Positions 1 through 8,745 of a DNA stretch of 32,000 bases are shown here, one piece after another. The stretch comes from Desulfomonilaceae bacterium (lineage in GTDB: Bacteria > Desulfobacterota > Desulfomonilia > Desulfomonilales > Desulfomonilaceae), in NCBI GenBank assembly GCA_052146735.1, contig JBKQMK010000202.1, forward strand, positions 4,633-36,632, in the 5' to 3' direction. The notes beneath the pieces are model-generated. The model was not told the origin of the DNA. It did not search any database and was given only the letters and a program-made list of their open reading frames with translations. The stretch's first letter is position 1. Every line of letters starts with the position of its first letter. Both the position numbers and the translations under genes were made by a program.

Positions 1-995
1 AGAGTGGCCCTGATAGCCTGCACCCCGCTGTCGCTATATTCGAGACCGCTGTACATAACCGGAGATGCGCCCCGAGTCGAAGCAATGCGTCTTGCAAGAT
101 CCCGGACTGTTTCCTGAGGGACCCCGGTTATGGACTCCACCACGTCCGGTCGAAAATGTTGAACATAACGCTCAAAATCCTCGAAGCCGTGAGTCCAATT
201 TCGTACGAATGCCTCATCATAAAGCTCTTCTTCTATGAGAATATTACATAGGCCCAAGGCAAGAGCGCCGTCGGTTCCCGGCCGAATTGGTATCCATTGA
301 GCTTCCGTCAGCGTGGCGGTTGCTGTACGCCGAGGATCGATCACCACAACTTCGGCTCCACGGGCGCGGGCATTCATGATTCGGGACATATCCATGGGCG
401 GAGAGTCGGTTGCAGGATTCGCTCCCCACACAACAATAAGCTGTGCATTCTCTATGTCCGAGAACATGTTGATCAGCATTCCGCCCATCGTCACATGCGG
501 CGCAATCATAGCAAAAGATACGTAACAGAGCGCACCGACGCCCAAAGTGTTGGGTGACCCGAAAGGGAAGAGCAGACTTGAAGCAGAAGAGACGGCCACA
601 CCTTTGGGCTGAAAGATGTCACATTTGGCAAGCTCGAAACTGCCACGACCAGTGTATATCGCTGTAGCCTCGGGCCCGTCCTGTGTTTTTATAGCTTGCA
701 GCCTGTCGACTATAATTGTGTAAGCGTCATCCCAGGATATACGTTCAAACTCGTACGTTCCTTTGGGGCCCACTCTACGCAGTGGATGCAGAACTCGATC
801 CTGCGAGTATACTATTTCACCCGAGTGACGGCCGAGCTTACAGATTGCACCCCACTCGGATTCAGTATCTGCTCGCACTTCAGCCACTTTGCCGGATGAA
901 TCGTAAACGACGTTAACCCAACATCCTGCCGGACAGATCCCGCAAATTGCCCGCTTGGAGTTGGAGCTACGGAACTCTTCACATGAAGGTTTCAT
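1..995 (-). CDS. Molybdopterin (bis-MGD) oxidoreductase catalytic subunit, N-terminal ~331 aa; 3' end lies beyond position 1
   Basis: Absent from the ORF track because there is no stop in the window. The reverse strand is open from ATG 995..993 to the edge. Translation: MKPSCEEFRSSNSKRAICGICPAGCWVNVVYDSSGKVAEVRAD..GAICKLG, the Cx2Cx3C..C 4Fe-4S motif of the MopB N-terminus. Later motifs LIVVWGANPATDSPP, VVVIDPRRT and WIPIRPGTDGAL are typical of COG0243-type enzymes. No Tat signal seen. Confidence 0.8.
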   Translation of the reverse strand, partial: MKPSCEEFRSSNSKRAICGICPAGCWVNVVYDSSGKVAEVRADTESEWGAICKLGRHSGEIVYSQDRVLHPLRRVGPKGTYEFERISWDDAYTIIVDRLQAIKTQDGPEATAIYTGRGSFELAKCDIFQPKGVAVSSASSLLFPFGSPNTLGVGALCYVSFAMIAPHVTMGGMLINMFSDIENAQLIVVWGANPATDSPPMDMSRIMNARARGAEVVVIDPRRTATATLTEAQWIPIRPGTDGALALGLCNILIEEELYDEAFVRNWTHGFEDFERYVQHFRPDVVESITGVPQETVRDLARRIASTRGASPVMYSGLEYSDSGVQAIRAT

Positions 996-1922
996 CAAAA
1001 CCCCAAAAGGAAAACGCACTATTTCGTCAGTTCACGTTCATTTAGTAAAGAAACTACGTCCATCATGATCCGCCCTGCTGGAACTGACTCTTGTCGCTCT
1101 TTTGTTCGTTTGGCTTAAAGCCACGCTAAACTTAATACTACCAAATGCGAAATGATTGCATAGCCAACGATACGCAGCCCTTTGTTTGAGTGTAAGCTTG
1201 TCGGCTTCTCCGACAACATAATACTAACGTCTCAAGTAATTATGATCGAGGAGATGGGTCGGATGTTTTTTATTCTATTGCTCCACGAGGAGCCGGTGAG
1301 CATTCATGGTCCCACTCTTGCCCCCGCATCCGTTGCCCCGCCCCTCGAAGATCGAACAGGTCGCTCGAAGAAAACTTCACTAAGAGCCGCACGCCGATTC
1401 CACTCGCCTTCTAAAACCTCCCCCTACTTTTCACAACCAGCATTGAAATCATTCTTTTCGTCTACCATTTGTTTGCGTTATCAATGACCTTTCAATGCCT
1501 TCCCCGCTTTCAAACAACGCACCACCTGGTGCTTACCATATTCCAGCGATGTTATTCGTGCTCGCTTTCTCGCTTCTTTTGCTCTCAAGCTTTTCTGTAG
1601 CGCTTCTAATTAGCCCCACAAAAAAGCTCTCGACGTTTCCTCCGCTGCCCGTTTGTAACTTAGTCACTTTATGGCGTCGCTATGACAGCCATTTCTGATC
1701 TTATGGTAGACATCTGAATAGTTCTTGTCAAGTATGTATGGTTTCTTGAACCTGATGAAACATGTACCTGCCGGTTTGAATCGCAAGAACCAATCTAATA
1801 GAAAATTAACTGTCTGTTAATCCGAATCCAACCGAAAAACCATAAGCTCCCACAGGCCATATCATCGTGCCTGACGCTCCTACGAATGTAATCATGTGCC
1901 CCCATCGGTACAATACGGAGGA

Positions 1923-4151
1923 ATGATGTTCGGGTTAAGACAACTCAGCGGCTGCGTGTTCCGAAATCCGATGAAGGTTCTCACGTTGGGTTTAGTATTG
2001 GGCGTAACTTTACTGCCCATTCTGGGTTCCATAGTGTGGAACATGTATGATTCTCTGTCCAAAATTGGGAACAATGAGCTGCAACTTCAGCGACTTATTG
2101 GAACTGTCGCACACCTCAACGAGGTTCTCACCATGTATGCACGGCTGGCCGCCGCAACGGGCGATCCAAAATGGGAGAAGCAATACAGGGCCGTAGAACC
2201 TGAGCTTGATAACGCCATTGTGGGAGTGGCCATGCAGGCACGCGCGGAATATGAGAAGACCTACGTTGCTCAGACCAAGCTCGCGTACACAAAGTTGATA
2301 GAAATGGAATCCGTGGGCTTTGCCCTTGTTCGACAGGGTCGGCACAAGGAAGCTTCCGAACTTCTTTTTAGTGCGCAGTACGACCAGCAGAAAGCCCTGT
2401 ACTCGCAGGGAATCGGCAAAATGACCGAGGCGGTCCAGAAGCGAATAGCAGAAGAGATCAATTTGTTTCGCCAACGCATTTGGCACACTGGTTTTCTGGC
2501 TGTGGCCACTGTGTTGATTCTTCTTGCAGCATGGTTGGGGGCTTACCTCGTTGTCAATAGACACCTAGCTTTGCGTAGGCGGAGCGAGGACGAATTGGCA
2601 GAGGAGAAGGAGCGCCTGGCGGTGACCTTGCGCTCAATCGGCGACGGCGTAATCACCACAGACACTGACGGGACAGTGACTCTGATAAATCGCGTGGCGG
2701 AAGACCTAACCGGTTGGCGACAAGGAGAAGGCACGGGCAAAACCTTGAAGGAAGTGTTCGTGACGACTGACGAAGTCACCGGTGAGCCATCCCAAAGTCT
2801 CGCAGAAAAGGTTCTCGAAGCAGGCTCGATTTTCGGGACCACGAACCACACGCGCCTGATTTCCAAAGACGGCGCAGGGCGAATAATCTCGCATAGTTGG
2901 GCACCCATACGGGACAAAACAAGTGTCGTCGTGGGCGTCGTTCTGGTGTTCAGAGACATCACAGACCAACAGAACATGCTGAAGGAAGCATTAAAGGCGG
3001 AAAAGCTCGAATCCGTAGGTATATTGGCCGGCGGCATAGCCCACGACTTCAACAACATTTTGACCGCGGTAGTGGGGAATCTGTCCCTGGCCAAAATGGG
3101 CGTTAACCCGGAAAGCAAGGTATTCCAATCGCTATCCGAAGCTGAAAAAGCCTCGATCCGAGCCAAGAACCTCACGCAGCAACTGTTGACTTTTTCCAAG
3201 GGAGGAGCTCCGATCAAGAAAGCAGCTTCCATTCGTGAACTCCTGACGGGCTGGTCGGGCTTTGCATTAAGAGGCTCGAACGTGAAGTGTGAGTTCAGAA
3301 TTCAAGAGAATCTCGGGGACGCTGAAATCGACGAGGGCCAGATAGGCCAAGTCATTCACAACCTTATCATTAATGCGGATCAGGCAATGCCTGACGGGGG
3401 AACAATTCGCGTATCCGCCGAAAACTTTACTCTGAGACCGGGCGACAGTCTTCCTTTGACTCAGACTAAATATATCAAAATATCCGTGACTGACGAAGGC
3501 GTAGGAGTGGCCCCGGAACATCTTCCCAAGATATTTGATCCATACTTCACCACCAAAAGAAGTGGCACCGGGCTCGGACTCGCCACATCCTACGCCATAA
3601 TAAAGAGACACGACGGCCATGTCACCGTGGACTCTCTTCCCGCACTTGGAACGACCTTCACGATATACCTGCCAGCGTCGGAAGAGCATGCGCTGCCACA
3701 AGACCAGGCTCCCCATTACATTGAGAGAGGCAAGGGAAAGGTGCTTGTTATGGACGACGAGCCGCTGATCCGCCAGCTTACAAGTGACATGCTGACGCAT
3801 CTAGGATATCAGGTCTGCATCTCCAAGGACGGCTTCGAAGCTCTGGGCCTCTTCGAACGCTCTAAGAAAGAAGGAAAACCTTTCGATGCGGTGATAATGG
3901 ACTTAACCATTCCAGGTGGAATGGGAGGAAAAGAAGCGATAACGAAATTGCTCAGCTTAGATCCGGAGGTCAAAGCTGTAGTTTCCAGCGGTTACTGTAA
4001 TGATCCCATCATGGCAAACTTCAGAAAGTATGGATTTGCCGGAGTGCTTGCCAAGCCCTATACGGCCATACAGATGAGCAAATTGTTGCACACAATCATA
4101 AGCCCAAAGCAGAGCGAATGTCTTAAGACACAGGACAAATCAGTCGGCTAG
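1923..4151 (+). CDS. Hybrid sensor histidine kinase: 2 TM + periplasmic helical domain, PAS, HisKA, HATPase, C-terminal receiver
   Basis: ORF 1896..4151. PAS-like LRSIGDGVITTDTDGTVTLINRVAEDLTGW. H-box GIAHDFNNILT. ATPase boxes NLIINADQAM, DEGVGV and GTGLGLA. Receiver VLVMDDEP..VIMDLTIPGGMGG..VVSSGY..LAKPY. Start uncertain: GTG 1896, ATG 1923/1926 just after GGAGG at 1917-1921, or ATG 1971 (MKVLTLGLVLG). Confidence 0.9.
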   Translation: MMFGLRQLSGCVFRNPMKVLTLGLVLGVTLLPILGSIVWNMYDSLSKIGNNELQLQRLIGTVAHLNEVLTMYARLAAATGDPKWEKQYRAVEPELDNAIVGVAMQARAEYEKTYVAQTKLAYTKLIEMESVGFALVRQGRHKEASELLFSAQYDQQKALYSQGIGKMTEAVQKRIAEEINLFRQRIWHTGFLAVATVLILLAAWLGAYLVVNRHLALRRRSEDELAEEKERLAVTLRSIGDGVITTDTDGTVTLINRVAEDLTGWRQGEGTGKTLKEVFVTTDEVTGEPSQSLAEKVLEAGSIFGTTNHTRLISKDGAGRIISHSWAPIRDKTSVVVGVVLVFRDITDQQNMLKEALKAEKLESVGILAGGIAHDFNNILTAVVGNLSLAKMGVNPESKVFQSLSEAEKASIRAKNLTQQLLTFSKGGAPIKKAASIRELLTGWSGFALRGSNVKCEFRIQENLGDAEIDEGQIGQVIHNLIINADQAMPDGGTIRVSAENFTLRPGDSLPLTQTKYIKISVTDEGVGVAPEHLPKIFDPYFTTKRSGTGLGLATSYAIIKRHDGHVTVDSLPALGTTFTIYLPASEEHALPQDQAPHYIERGKGKVLVMDDEPLIRQLTSDMLTHLGYQVCISKDGFEALGLFERSKKEGKPFDAVIMDLTIPGGMGGKEAITKLLSLDPEVKAVVSSGYCNDPIMANFRKYGFAGVLAKPYTAIQMSKLLHTIISPKQSECLKTQDKSVG

Positions 4152-4233
4152 TGCCGTACATTGCTATAGGTGCCGCCACCGCAGTGGTGCTAGTGCTGTA
4201 CGTCTCTGTAGGTTCTGCCACAGTACCGCATGC
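4149..4233. repeat. Imperfect tandem direct repeat, two units of ~42 nt, starting at the kinase stop codon
   Basis: Unit 1 (4149-4190): tagtgccgtacattgctataggtgccgccaccgcag... Unit 2 (4191-4233): tagtgctgtacgtctctgtaggttctgccacagtac... About 26 of the first 36 positions are identical by hand count. Confidence 0.4.
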
Positions 4234-4298
4234 TCTCTATTGCTCTGGCTGAACTAACAAGGACCCGAAATCGGGACGCCATGCACCTGACTTGATAA

Positions 4299-4338
4299 AG
4301 TAACCGAGATTTAGTTTGCCGCTAATACTGCACTAACC
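4299..4338 (+). promoter_or_regulatory. Four 11-nt-phased direct half-sites upstream of PstS-like paralogue 1
   Basis: AGTAACC gaga TTTAGTT tgcc GCTAATA ctgc ACTAACC. The TA(A/G) cores start at 4301, 4312, 4323 and 4334, exactly 11 nt apart. Function is inferred only. Confidence 0.3.
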
Positions 4339-4484
4339 TTCGGCCCTTACACATGCCCGTGCAGCGTCTTCACCTGCTTCTTGGCCTCTTGGCGAAGACA
4401 CCCGGATCGGAACATCCGGGGCCGGTGTTGTTGTTTTCCTACGCTCGCGAGAAAATTCACAGTTGGGAAGAGAGGAATTGCTCA

Positions 4485-5351
4485 ATGAGTTGGTGTCGTA
4501 ATGTAGGGTTGGCTGTTGTCTTTGCAATTCTAATCAATGGAGCGGTGTGGAGTTTGCCCGTACAAGGCGAGAATTCGGCTATGGTCCACCTCAGTGGCTC
4601 CAGATACTTGTATTTCACCGTAACGGATCTCGCCAGGCGCTACATGGAGCACGATGCTGAAACCAAAGTGATAGTTACTCACGCGGATCAGCAGTCCTAC
4701 GTGCAATCGCTTATGGATAACACCAGTGACGCAATCATGACACTGGGAAAAATGGAACAGGACTTAAAGGAAGAGGCAGTGGAACAAGGAATCCACCTAC
4801 AGGAGAAGATTGTGGCCTGGGGCGGGGTGGTGCTCGTAACGGACCCGAAAAATCCGGTCAATGAACTAACTATGGACCAGGTCCGGAAGATATTCCTTGG
4901 CGAACATGTCAATTGGGCGGAAGTGGGCGGCCTAGATGAGCCTATTGTGACGATGTCCCGAGATGAAGCCGTGTCGGGCACAGAGCGATTTTTTCGTGAA
5001 TTTGTGCTCCATGGTTTTCCGCTGGTGCAGCAGACCGTCAAATTGTTTGACCCCGACATAGTCCGGGCTGTTTGGAAACGGAGGGGTTCCATAGCCGATG
5101 CGCGCTATACCGAGGCAGTGAGGGGCAGGATTAGGGGTATGGTGAAGATAATTGCCCTTAAGGAAGACGAGGGGTCTCCGGCCATCATGCCGTCCGTGGA
5201 CACCATTGAAGAGCACACCTACCCCTTGTCCGCTCCTCAGGTCATGTACTATGACGTGAAATCCAACTCGCGCGGCCTCAAGGAATTTGTCGACTTCTGC
5301 GCTGACCGGGGCCTCGGTACACATCACGCATGGTTGAAGAAGCAGAGATAA
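4485..5351 (+). CDS. PstS-family (PBP_like_2) periplasmic substrate-binding protein, paralogue 1
   Basis: ORF 4353..5351. Likely start is ATG 4485 after GGGAAGAGAGGA, giving a signal-peptide-like MSWCRNVGLAVVFAILINGAVWSLPVQG. Motifs VNELTMDQVRKIF..W..VGG and SRDEAVSGTERFFREFVL are typical of PstS/PBP_like_2 proteins. Confidence 0.8.
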   Translation: MSWCRNVGLAVVFAILINGAVWSLPVQGENSAMVHLSGSRYLYFTVTDLARRYMEHDAETKVIVTHADQQSYVQSLMDNTSDAIMTLGKMEQDLKEEAVEQGIHLQEKIVAWGGVVLVTDPKNPVNELTMDQVRKIFLGEHVNWAEVGGLDEPIVTMSRDEAVSGTERFFREFVLHGFPLVQQTVKLFDPDIVRAVWKRRGSIADARYTEAVRGRIRGMVKIIALKEDEGSPAIMPSVDTIEEHTYPLSAPQVMYYDVKSNSRGLKEFVDFCADRGLGTHHAWLKKQR

Positions 5352-5383
5352 ACCTCTCTTCCAGATTATTTATCGGAGTGCTC

Positions 5384-5429
5384 GGGCCGACGCAATTTGT
5401 ACCCCCCCAATTGAGACCGGCGTCGGCCC
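5384..5429 (+). terminator. Perfect 10-bp inverted repeat hairpin downstream of PstS-like paralogue 1
   Basis: GGGCCGACGC (5384-5393) pairs with GCGTCGGCCC (5420-5429). The loop is 26 nt and the hairpin is followed by gTTTATATA. The large loop makes the terminator assignment tentative. Confidence 0.4.
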
Positions 5430-5588
5430 GTTTATATACAAATTCAGTTAGCCGCTTCCGCAGGGACAGAGAAATCTTGATCGATGGTGTCAACGCGGAT
5501 CCTGTAGCGAGACCACGTAGAAATGCATGGTCTTCGGGTCAAGTATTTGATATGGCGAAGGAAATGAAAGGACATCGAGGGTAATCAA

Positions 5589-5948
5589 ATGCACGGGAGT
5601 GGTGAGGCGGAAAGAGAGACAATTCGACCTGAATTTGATCCTTCAATCATGATCGATTTTCAGGGGGACAAGATTACTTGTGGCACGGGTTTTCCGTTGC
5701 TTTGAGCGATAGACGACCGCTTTGGCATTTTTGATCGAATCGGGAGCGAACAGGAGGATACCAGATCCAGGGTTCGCAGCAAACTCTCTCAGCTTCAAAT
5801 GGCCTGGTAGAGGAGCTATCAGATAGCGGCTGGGTATAGCGCGCCGCATAATTCCGCCTTGTTCGGAGGACGTGATCCCCTTGTCAAGCAGTTGCGCCCG
5901 CGAAACGGTTCCCCGACCACGGCTGAAGTCAAGAATTCATGCGCCTAG
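5589..5948 (+). pseudogene. Decayed N-terminal fragment of an IS1380-family-like DDE transposase
   Basis: One frame reads MHGSGEAERETIRPEFDPSIMIDFQGDKITCGTGFPLL*AIDDRFGIFDRIGSEQEDTRSRVRSKLSQLQMAW*RSYQIAAGYS..DPLVKQL..*. From memory this resembles the IS1380 N-terminus (..F.GG.lTSdaGllLLRelDeRlGl..rl......R....H.l..Ll.QR.yqIaaGYED..D). It has two in-frame stops and no catalytic domain. Confidence 0.45.
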
Positions 5949-6000
5949 TGGATGCAGAGTCACGCATAACTGGTTTGTGAGAAACTATGTTCAAACAATA

Positions 6001-6039
6001 TCTTAATTTCAATCTAATCGTGTCTTAACCCATGTAACC
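6001..6039 (+). promoter_or_regulatory. Phased direct half-sites plus -10-like TATTAAT upstream of PstS-like paralogue 2
   Basis: TCTTAAT ttcaa TCTAATC gtg TCTTAAC cca TGTAACC. TAA cores start at 6004, 6015, 6026 and 6035, a spacing of 11, 11 and 9 nt. TATTAAT lies at 6056-6062, about 45 nt before ATG 6108. Confidence 0.3.
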
Positions 6040-6107
6040 AAGAATCTGAGTCTCGGTATTAATAGAGGTCCTGATTAGAAACGGCTCTCCTTAGAAAGGA
6101 AGATATT

Positions 6108-6959
6108 ATGTGTAAACGGTTGGTTTTCGTCGCGTGCGTGTTGACTATTTCAGCCGCACTTGTGGATCACAGTTTCGCTCAAGACAAAAATAGCCTGAAA
6201 ATCCAAGGGTCAAAATATGTAGCCTTTACGTTGACTGATTGGGCGAAGGCCTACATGGATCAACAGCCAAATGCCTCGATCAAGGTTGAGGCTGTCGACT
6301 CCGTGGAAGGATTCCAATCATTCCTGAAGCGGAGTTCTGATGCTCTGGCCGTGTTCGGACAGTTGGAGGAGGACGAGAAGGGTGAAGCAGAGGAGAAAGG
6401 CATGGTCGTCACGGAAAGGATCATCGGTTGGGGCGCAGTCGCCATCATTACGCATCCGAAGAATCCGGTCAATGAGCTTTCGATCGATCAGGTCAAGAAG
6501 ATCTTCTCAGGAGCCTACAAGAACTGGAACCAGGTGGGCGGCCCCGATCTTCCGATCGTCGCAATCACCAGAGATGAGGCAATGTCAGGCACTGAAAGGC
6601 TTTTTAGGGACCTTGTCCTCGATGGTTCGCCAGTGGACCAGGACACCAAGCGCCTGCTCTCGTATGACATAATACGTGCCGTTTTAAAGGATCCCGGCTC
6701 TATTGCCGATGCCCGTTACACAGAGGCCATTCGCGGCAGGATTAAAGGAATGGCGAAGATCCTTGCTCTCAAAAAAGATGAAAGCAGCCCGGCGGTAATG
6801 CCGTCAGCGGAAACATTGCAGAACCGCTCATATCTTCTCTCTGCTCCGATGGTTATTTGCTACGATTCAAAAGAGAATTCCGGTGTCCTACAAGCATTCA
6901 CCGAATTTTGTTCAAAGAGAGGATTAGGGGAACGGTTCGCGGAATCTCAGTCGAGATAG
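6108..6959 (+). CDS. PstS-family (PBP_like_2) periplasmic substrate-binding protein, paralogue 2
   Basis: Signal peptide MCKRLVFVACVLTISAALVDHSFA. VNELSIDQVKKIF..W..VGG and TRDEAMSGTERLFRDLVL. Colinear with paralogue 1 along its whole length, with roughly half of positions identical by eye. RBS GAAAGGAAG upstream. Confidence 0.85.
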   Translation: MCKRLVFVACVLTISAALVDHSFAQDKNSLKIQGSKYVAFTLTDWAKAYMDQQPNASIKVEAVDSVEGFQSFLKRSSDALAVFGQLEEDEKGEAEEKGMVVTERIIGWGAVAIITHPKNPVNELSIDQVKKIFSGAYKNWNQVGGPDLPIVAITRDEAMSGTERLFRDLVLDGSPVDQDTKRLLSYDIIRAVLKDPGSIADARYTEAIRGRIKGMAKILALKKDESSPAVMPSAETLQNRSYLLSAPMVICYDSKENSGVLQAFTEFCSKRGLGERFAESQSR

Positions 6960-7487
6960 CATTTTCTCGCACCTAATTACTCGTGTAACCTGAATCGGCC
7001 CTGATGCATCCAAGTCGGACAGTCGGTGTTGACTGCAGGATCTGAAGATCTTTGTGGCCCCGTTAAGTGAGAGGCTGCGGGGATTGGCTATGGAAAGCCC
7101 TGTGGTTGATGGGCACTCTCGAGCGTGGAGCCTGCATCACCATTTGCCTTCGGCCTTCTCCCTCGATCGGCACTACCGGCCGGCATAGAGGTGCGAAGAT
7201 CATAGTTGACTGGAGGCTGAGCGTTGAAGTATGTTCAAAAAGAGGACAAAACAGGAGCTTTCATCGACATGGAGACAGTTTTGCCGCTGTCGGATCTTGG
7301 AAGGGGCCGTGCTGGGACCTTTCGGGGAGGTCGGAGAACCAGCGTGCGACGAGCACAGATCCAGAAACCGTGGAAAAGGAAAAGCTGCCGCATAATTCGG
7401 GTTCAAGACTATTAGGATAGAACGGTCGCAGCACAGTTTCGGATGAGCTGTTCACCTTCAACCACACATTTGGGGAGGAGGAATGCC

Positions 7488-8069
7488 ATGGGAGCCAAGA
7501 AGATTCTGATGTTGGTCGGGGACTACGTAGAGGATTACGAGGTGATGGTGCCGTTCCAGGCCTTGCTGATGGTCGGGCATACAGTTCACGCGGTTTGCCC
7601 TGACAAGAAGGCCGGCGACATAGTGAGAACCGCAATTCACGACTTTGAGGGGGACCAGACCTACAGCGAGAAGCGGGGGCATAATTTCACCTTGAACGCA
7701 ACATTCTCGGAAATAAAGGCTGAAGATTACGATGCTCTGGTGATTCCGGGCGGACGCGCTCCAGAATACATAAGACTCAACGAAGGAGTGCTCAAAGTAG
7801 TACGCCATTTTGCCGAGAAAAACAAACCCATAGCCGCTATTTGCCACGGAGCGCAGGTGTTGGCCGCTGCGGGGGTTGTTGAGGGAAAATCGTGTTCGGC
7901 CTATCCGGCTGTGGGGCCTGACGTCAATAGTGCGGGCGGAAAATGGGTAAACATTCCTTTGGACAAGGCCCACGTGGACGGCAACCTCGTTACAGCACCT
8001 GCGTGGCCTGCGCACCCAGATTGGGTGGCAAAGTTCCTTCAGGTGCTCGGCACCAAGATTGAGCCGTAA
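7488..8069 (+). CDS. DJ-1/PfpI family protein (class I glutamine amidotransferase-like)
   Basis: ORF 7443..8069. Start ATG 7488 follows [34 protein letters not shown].., [12 protein letters not shown], and the nucleophile elbow [15 protein letters not shown]. Confidence 0.85.
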   Translation: MGAKKILMLVGDYVEDYEVMVPFQALLMVGHTVHAVCPDKKAGDIVRTAIHDFEGDQTYSEKRGHNFTLNATFSEIKAEDYDALVIPGGRAPEYIRLNEGVLKVVRHFAEKNKPIAAICHGAQVLAAAGVVEGKSCSAYPAVGPDVNSAGGKWVNIPLDKAHVDGNLVTAPAWPAHPDWVAKFLQVLGTKIEP

Positions 8070-8405
8070 CAACGGCCGCGGAGCTTCAGATATTCCCGAT
8101 TGTATGGGCCTGGGGGCGCAGTCGGTTTACGCCCCCCATCGTTCCCGTTCGGTCTGGCCGGTACCGTATCCCTGGTTACCAGGCTCTGCCTGGTAACTCC
8201 CTTGTTCCGGGCTCCGCCCGATATGAGCCACGATTGCGAAATCTGGAAGGCCGGATTCCGGATTGGGGGCAGAACCTGGGAACCAGGTGTAGTGCATGGT
8301 GCCACGGACGAGCCGGTCGGCACGTTCGTGGCACCAATGTTTCGAGCACTTTCATGCTTCGTTGTGGCGCTTTCAACCGTAGAATCCGGCATGAAATCGC
8401 TGGGT

Positions 8406-8624
8406 TCACTTGAATCTGACACAATCTTTGATCATTGTCAGGGAATCGTCTATATGTCCGAGTCGTTTCTCGAATCCTGTGAGTGACCCGTTTGAGCCGT
8501 TTGTTTCCCCTGAACGAACGAGAAGTTTTTCCAACAGTCTAGTTTGTGCATTCACGACTTCCGTAAGTTGATCGATTTTTGAATGCATCACCCTTACCTC
8601 ATCCGGAACCGGTAAAAATCCCAT
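8406..8624 (-). CDS. Hypothetical small coiled-coil protein (72 aa) downstream of pstS
   Basis: Part of ORF 8406..8690. Internal ATG 8624 is preceded by AAGGAAAG. MGFLPVPDEVRVMHSKIDQLTEVVNAQTRLLEKLLVRSGE... No recognisable family. Confidence 0.3.
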   Translation of the reverse strand: MGFLPVPDEVRVMHSKIDQLTEVVNAQTRLLEKLLVRSGETNGSNGSLTGFEKRLGHIDDSLTMIKDCVRFK

Positions 8625-8745
8625 GAAGAAGACTTTCCTTTCCAATCTGCAGTTGGGCTTTCTGATCGAGGGCTTAACGCAGCATTCCACTTCAATCCCA
8701 TTCGGCTGAAATTATTAGCTTTGCGTCTTACCGCTTATCGCGCCC

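Noticed and set aside
996-1200. Molybdenum-cofactor (Moco) riboswitch expected upstream of the Mo-oxidoreductase gene.
   Set aside because: The reverse-complement 5' region shows only small hairpins (for example TGGCTTTAAGCCA). I could not find the conserved Moco motif features. An Infernal scan would be decisive.
2010-3800. Long antisense ORFs inside the histidine-kinase gene (2010-2564, 2543-3232, 3267-3800, minus strand).
   Set aside because: These are shadow ORFs of a strongly supported sense gene. They have no motifs and Arg/Ser-rich composition.
6960-7487. 528-bp gap before the DJ-1/PfpI gene, with ORFs 7067-7420 (+), 7224-7415 (+) and 7261-7635 (-). I also considered a riboswitch or ncRNA.
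   Set aside because: The translations are Arg/Gly/Ser-rich noise. One ORF overlaps the well-supported DJ-1 start. I recognised no conserved riboswitch core (B12 box, GEMM, RNase P P4 and so on).
8070-8405. GC-rich spacer with mutually antisense 127/128-aa ORFs. It also has the nested palindromes CCTGGTTACCAGG / CCAGGctctgCCTGG at ~8171-8198, and a short peptide (GGRTWEPGVVHGATDEPVG) faintly resembling the DUF1501 C-terminal motif.
   Set aside because: The ORFs shadow each other and have no RBS or family-level similarity. The DUF1501 resemblance covers fewer than 25 residues with an insertion. It may be a gene remnant or a REP-like element, but I cannot support a call.
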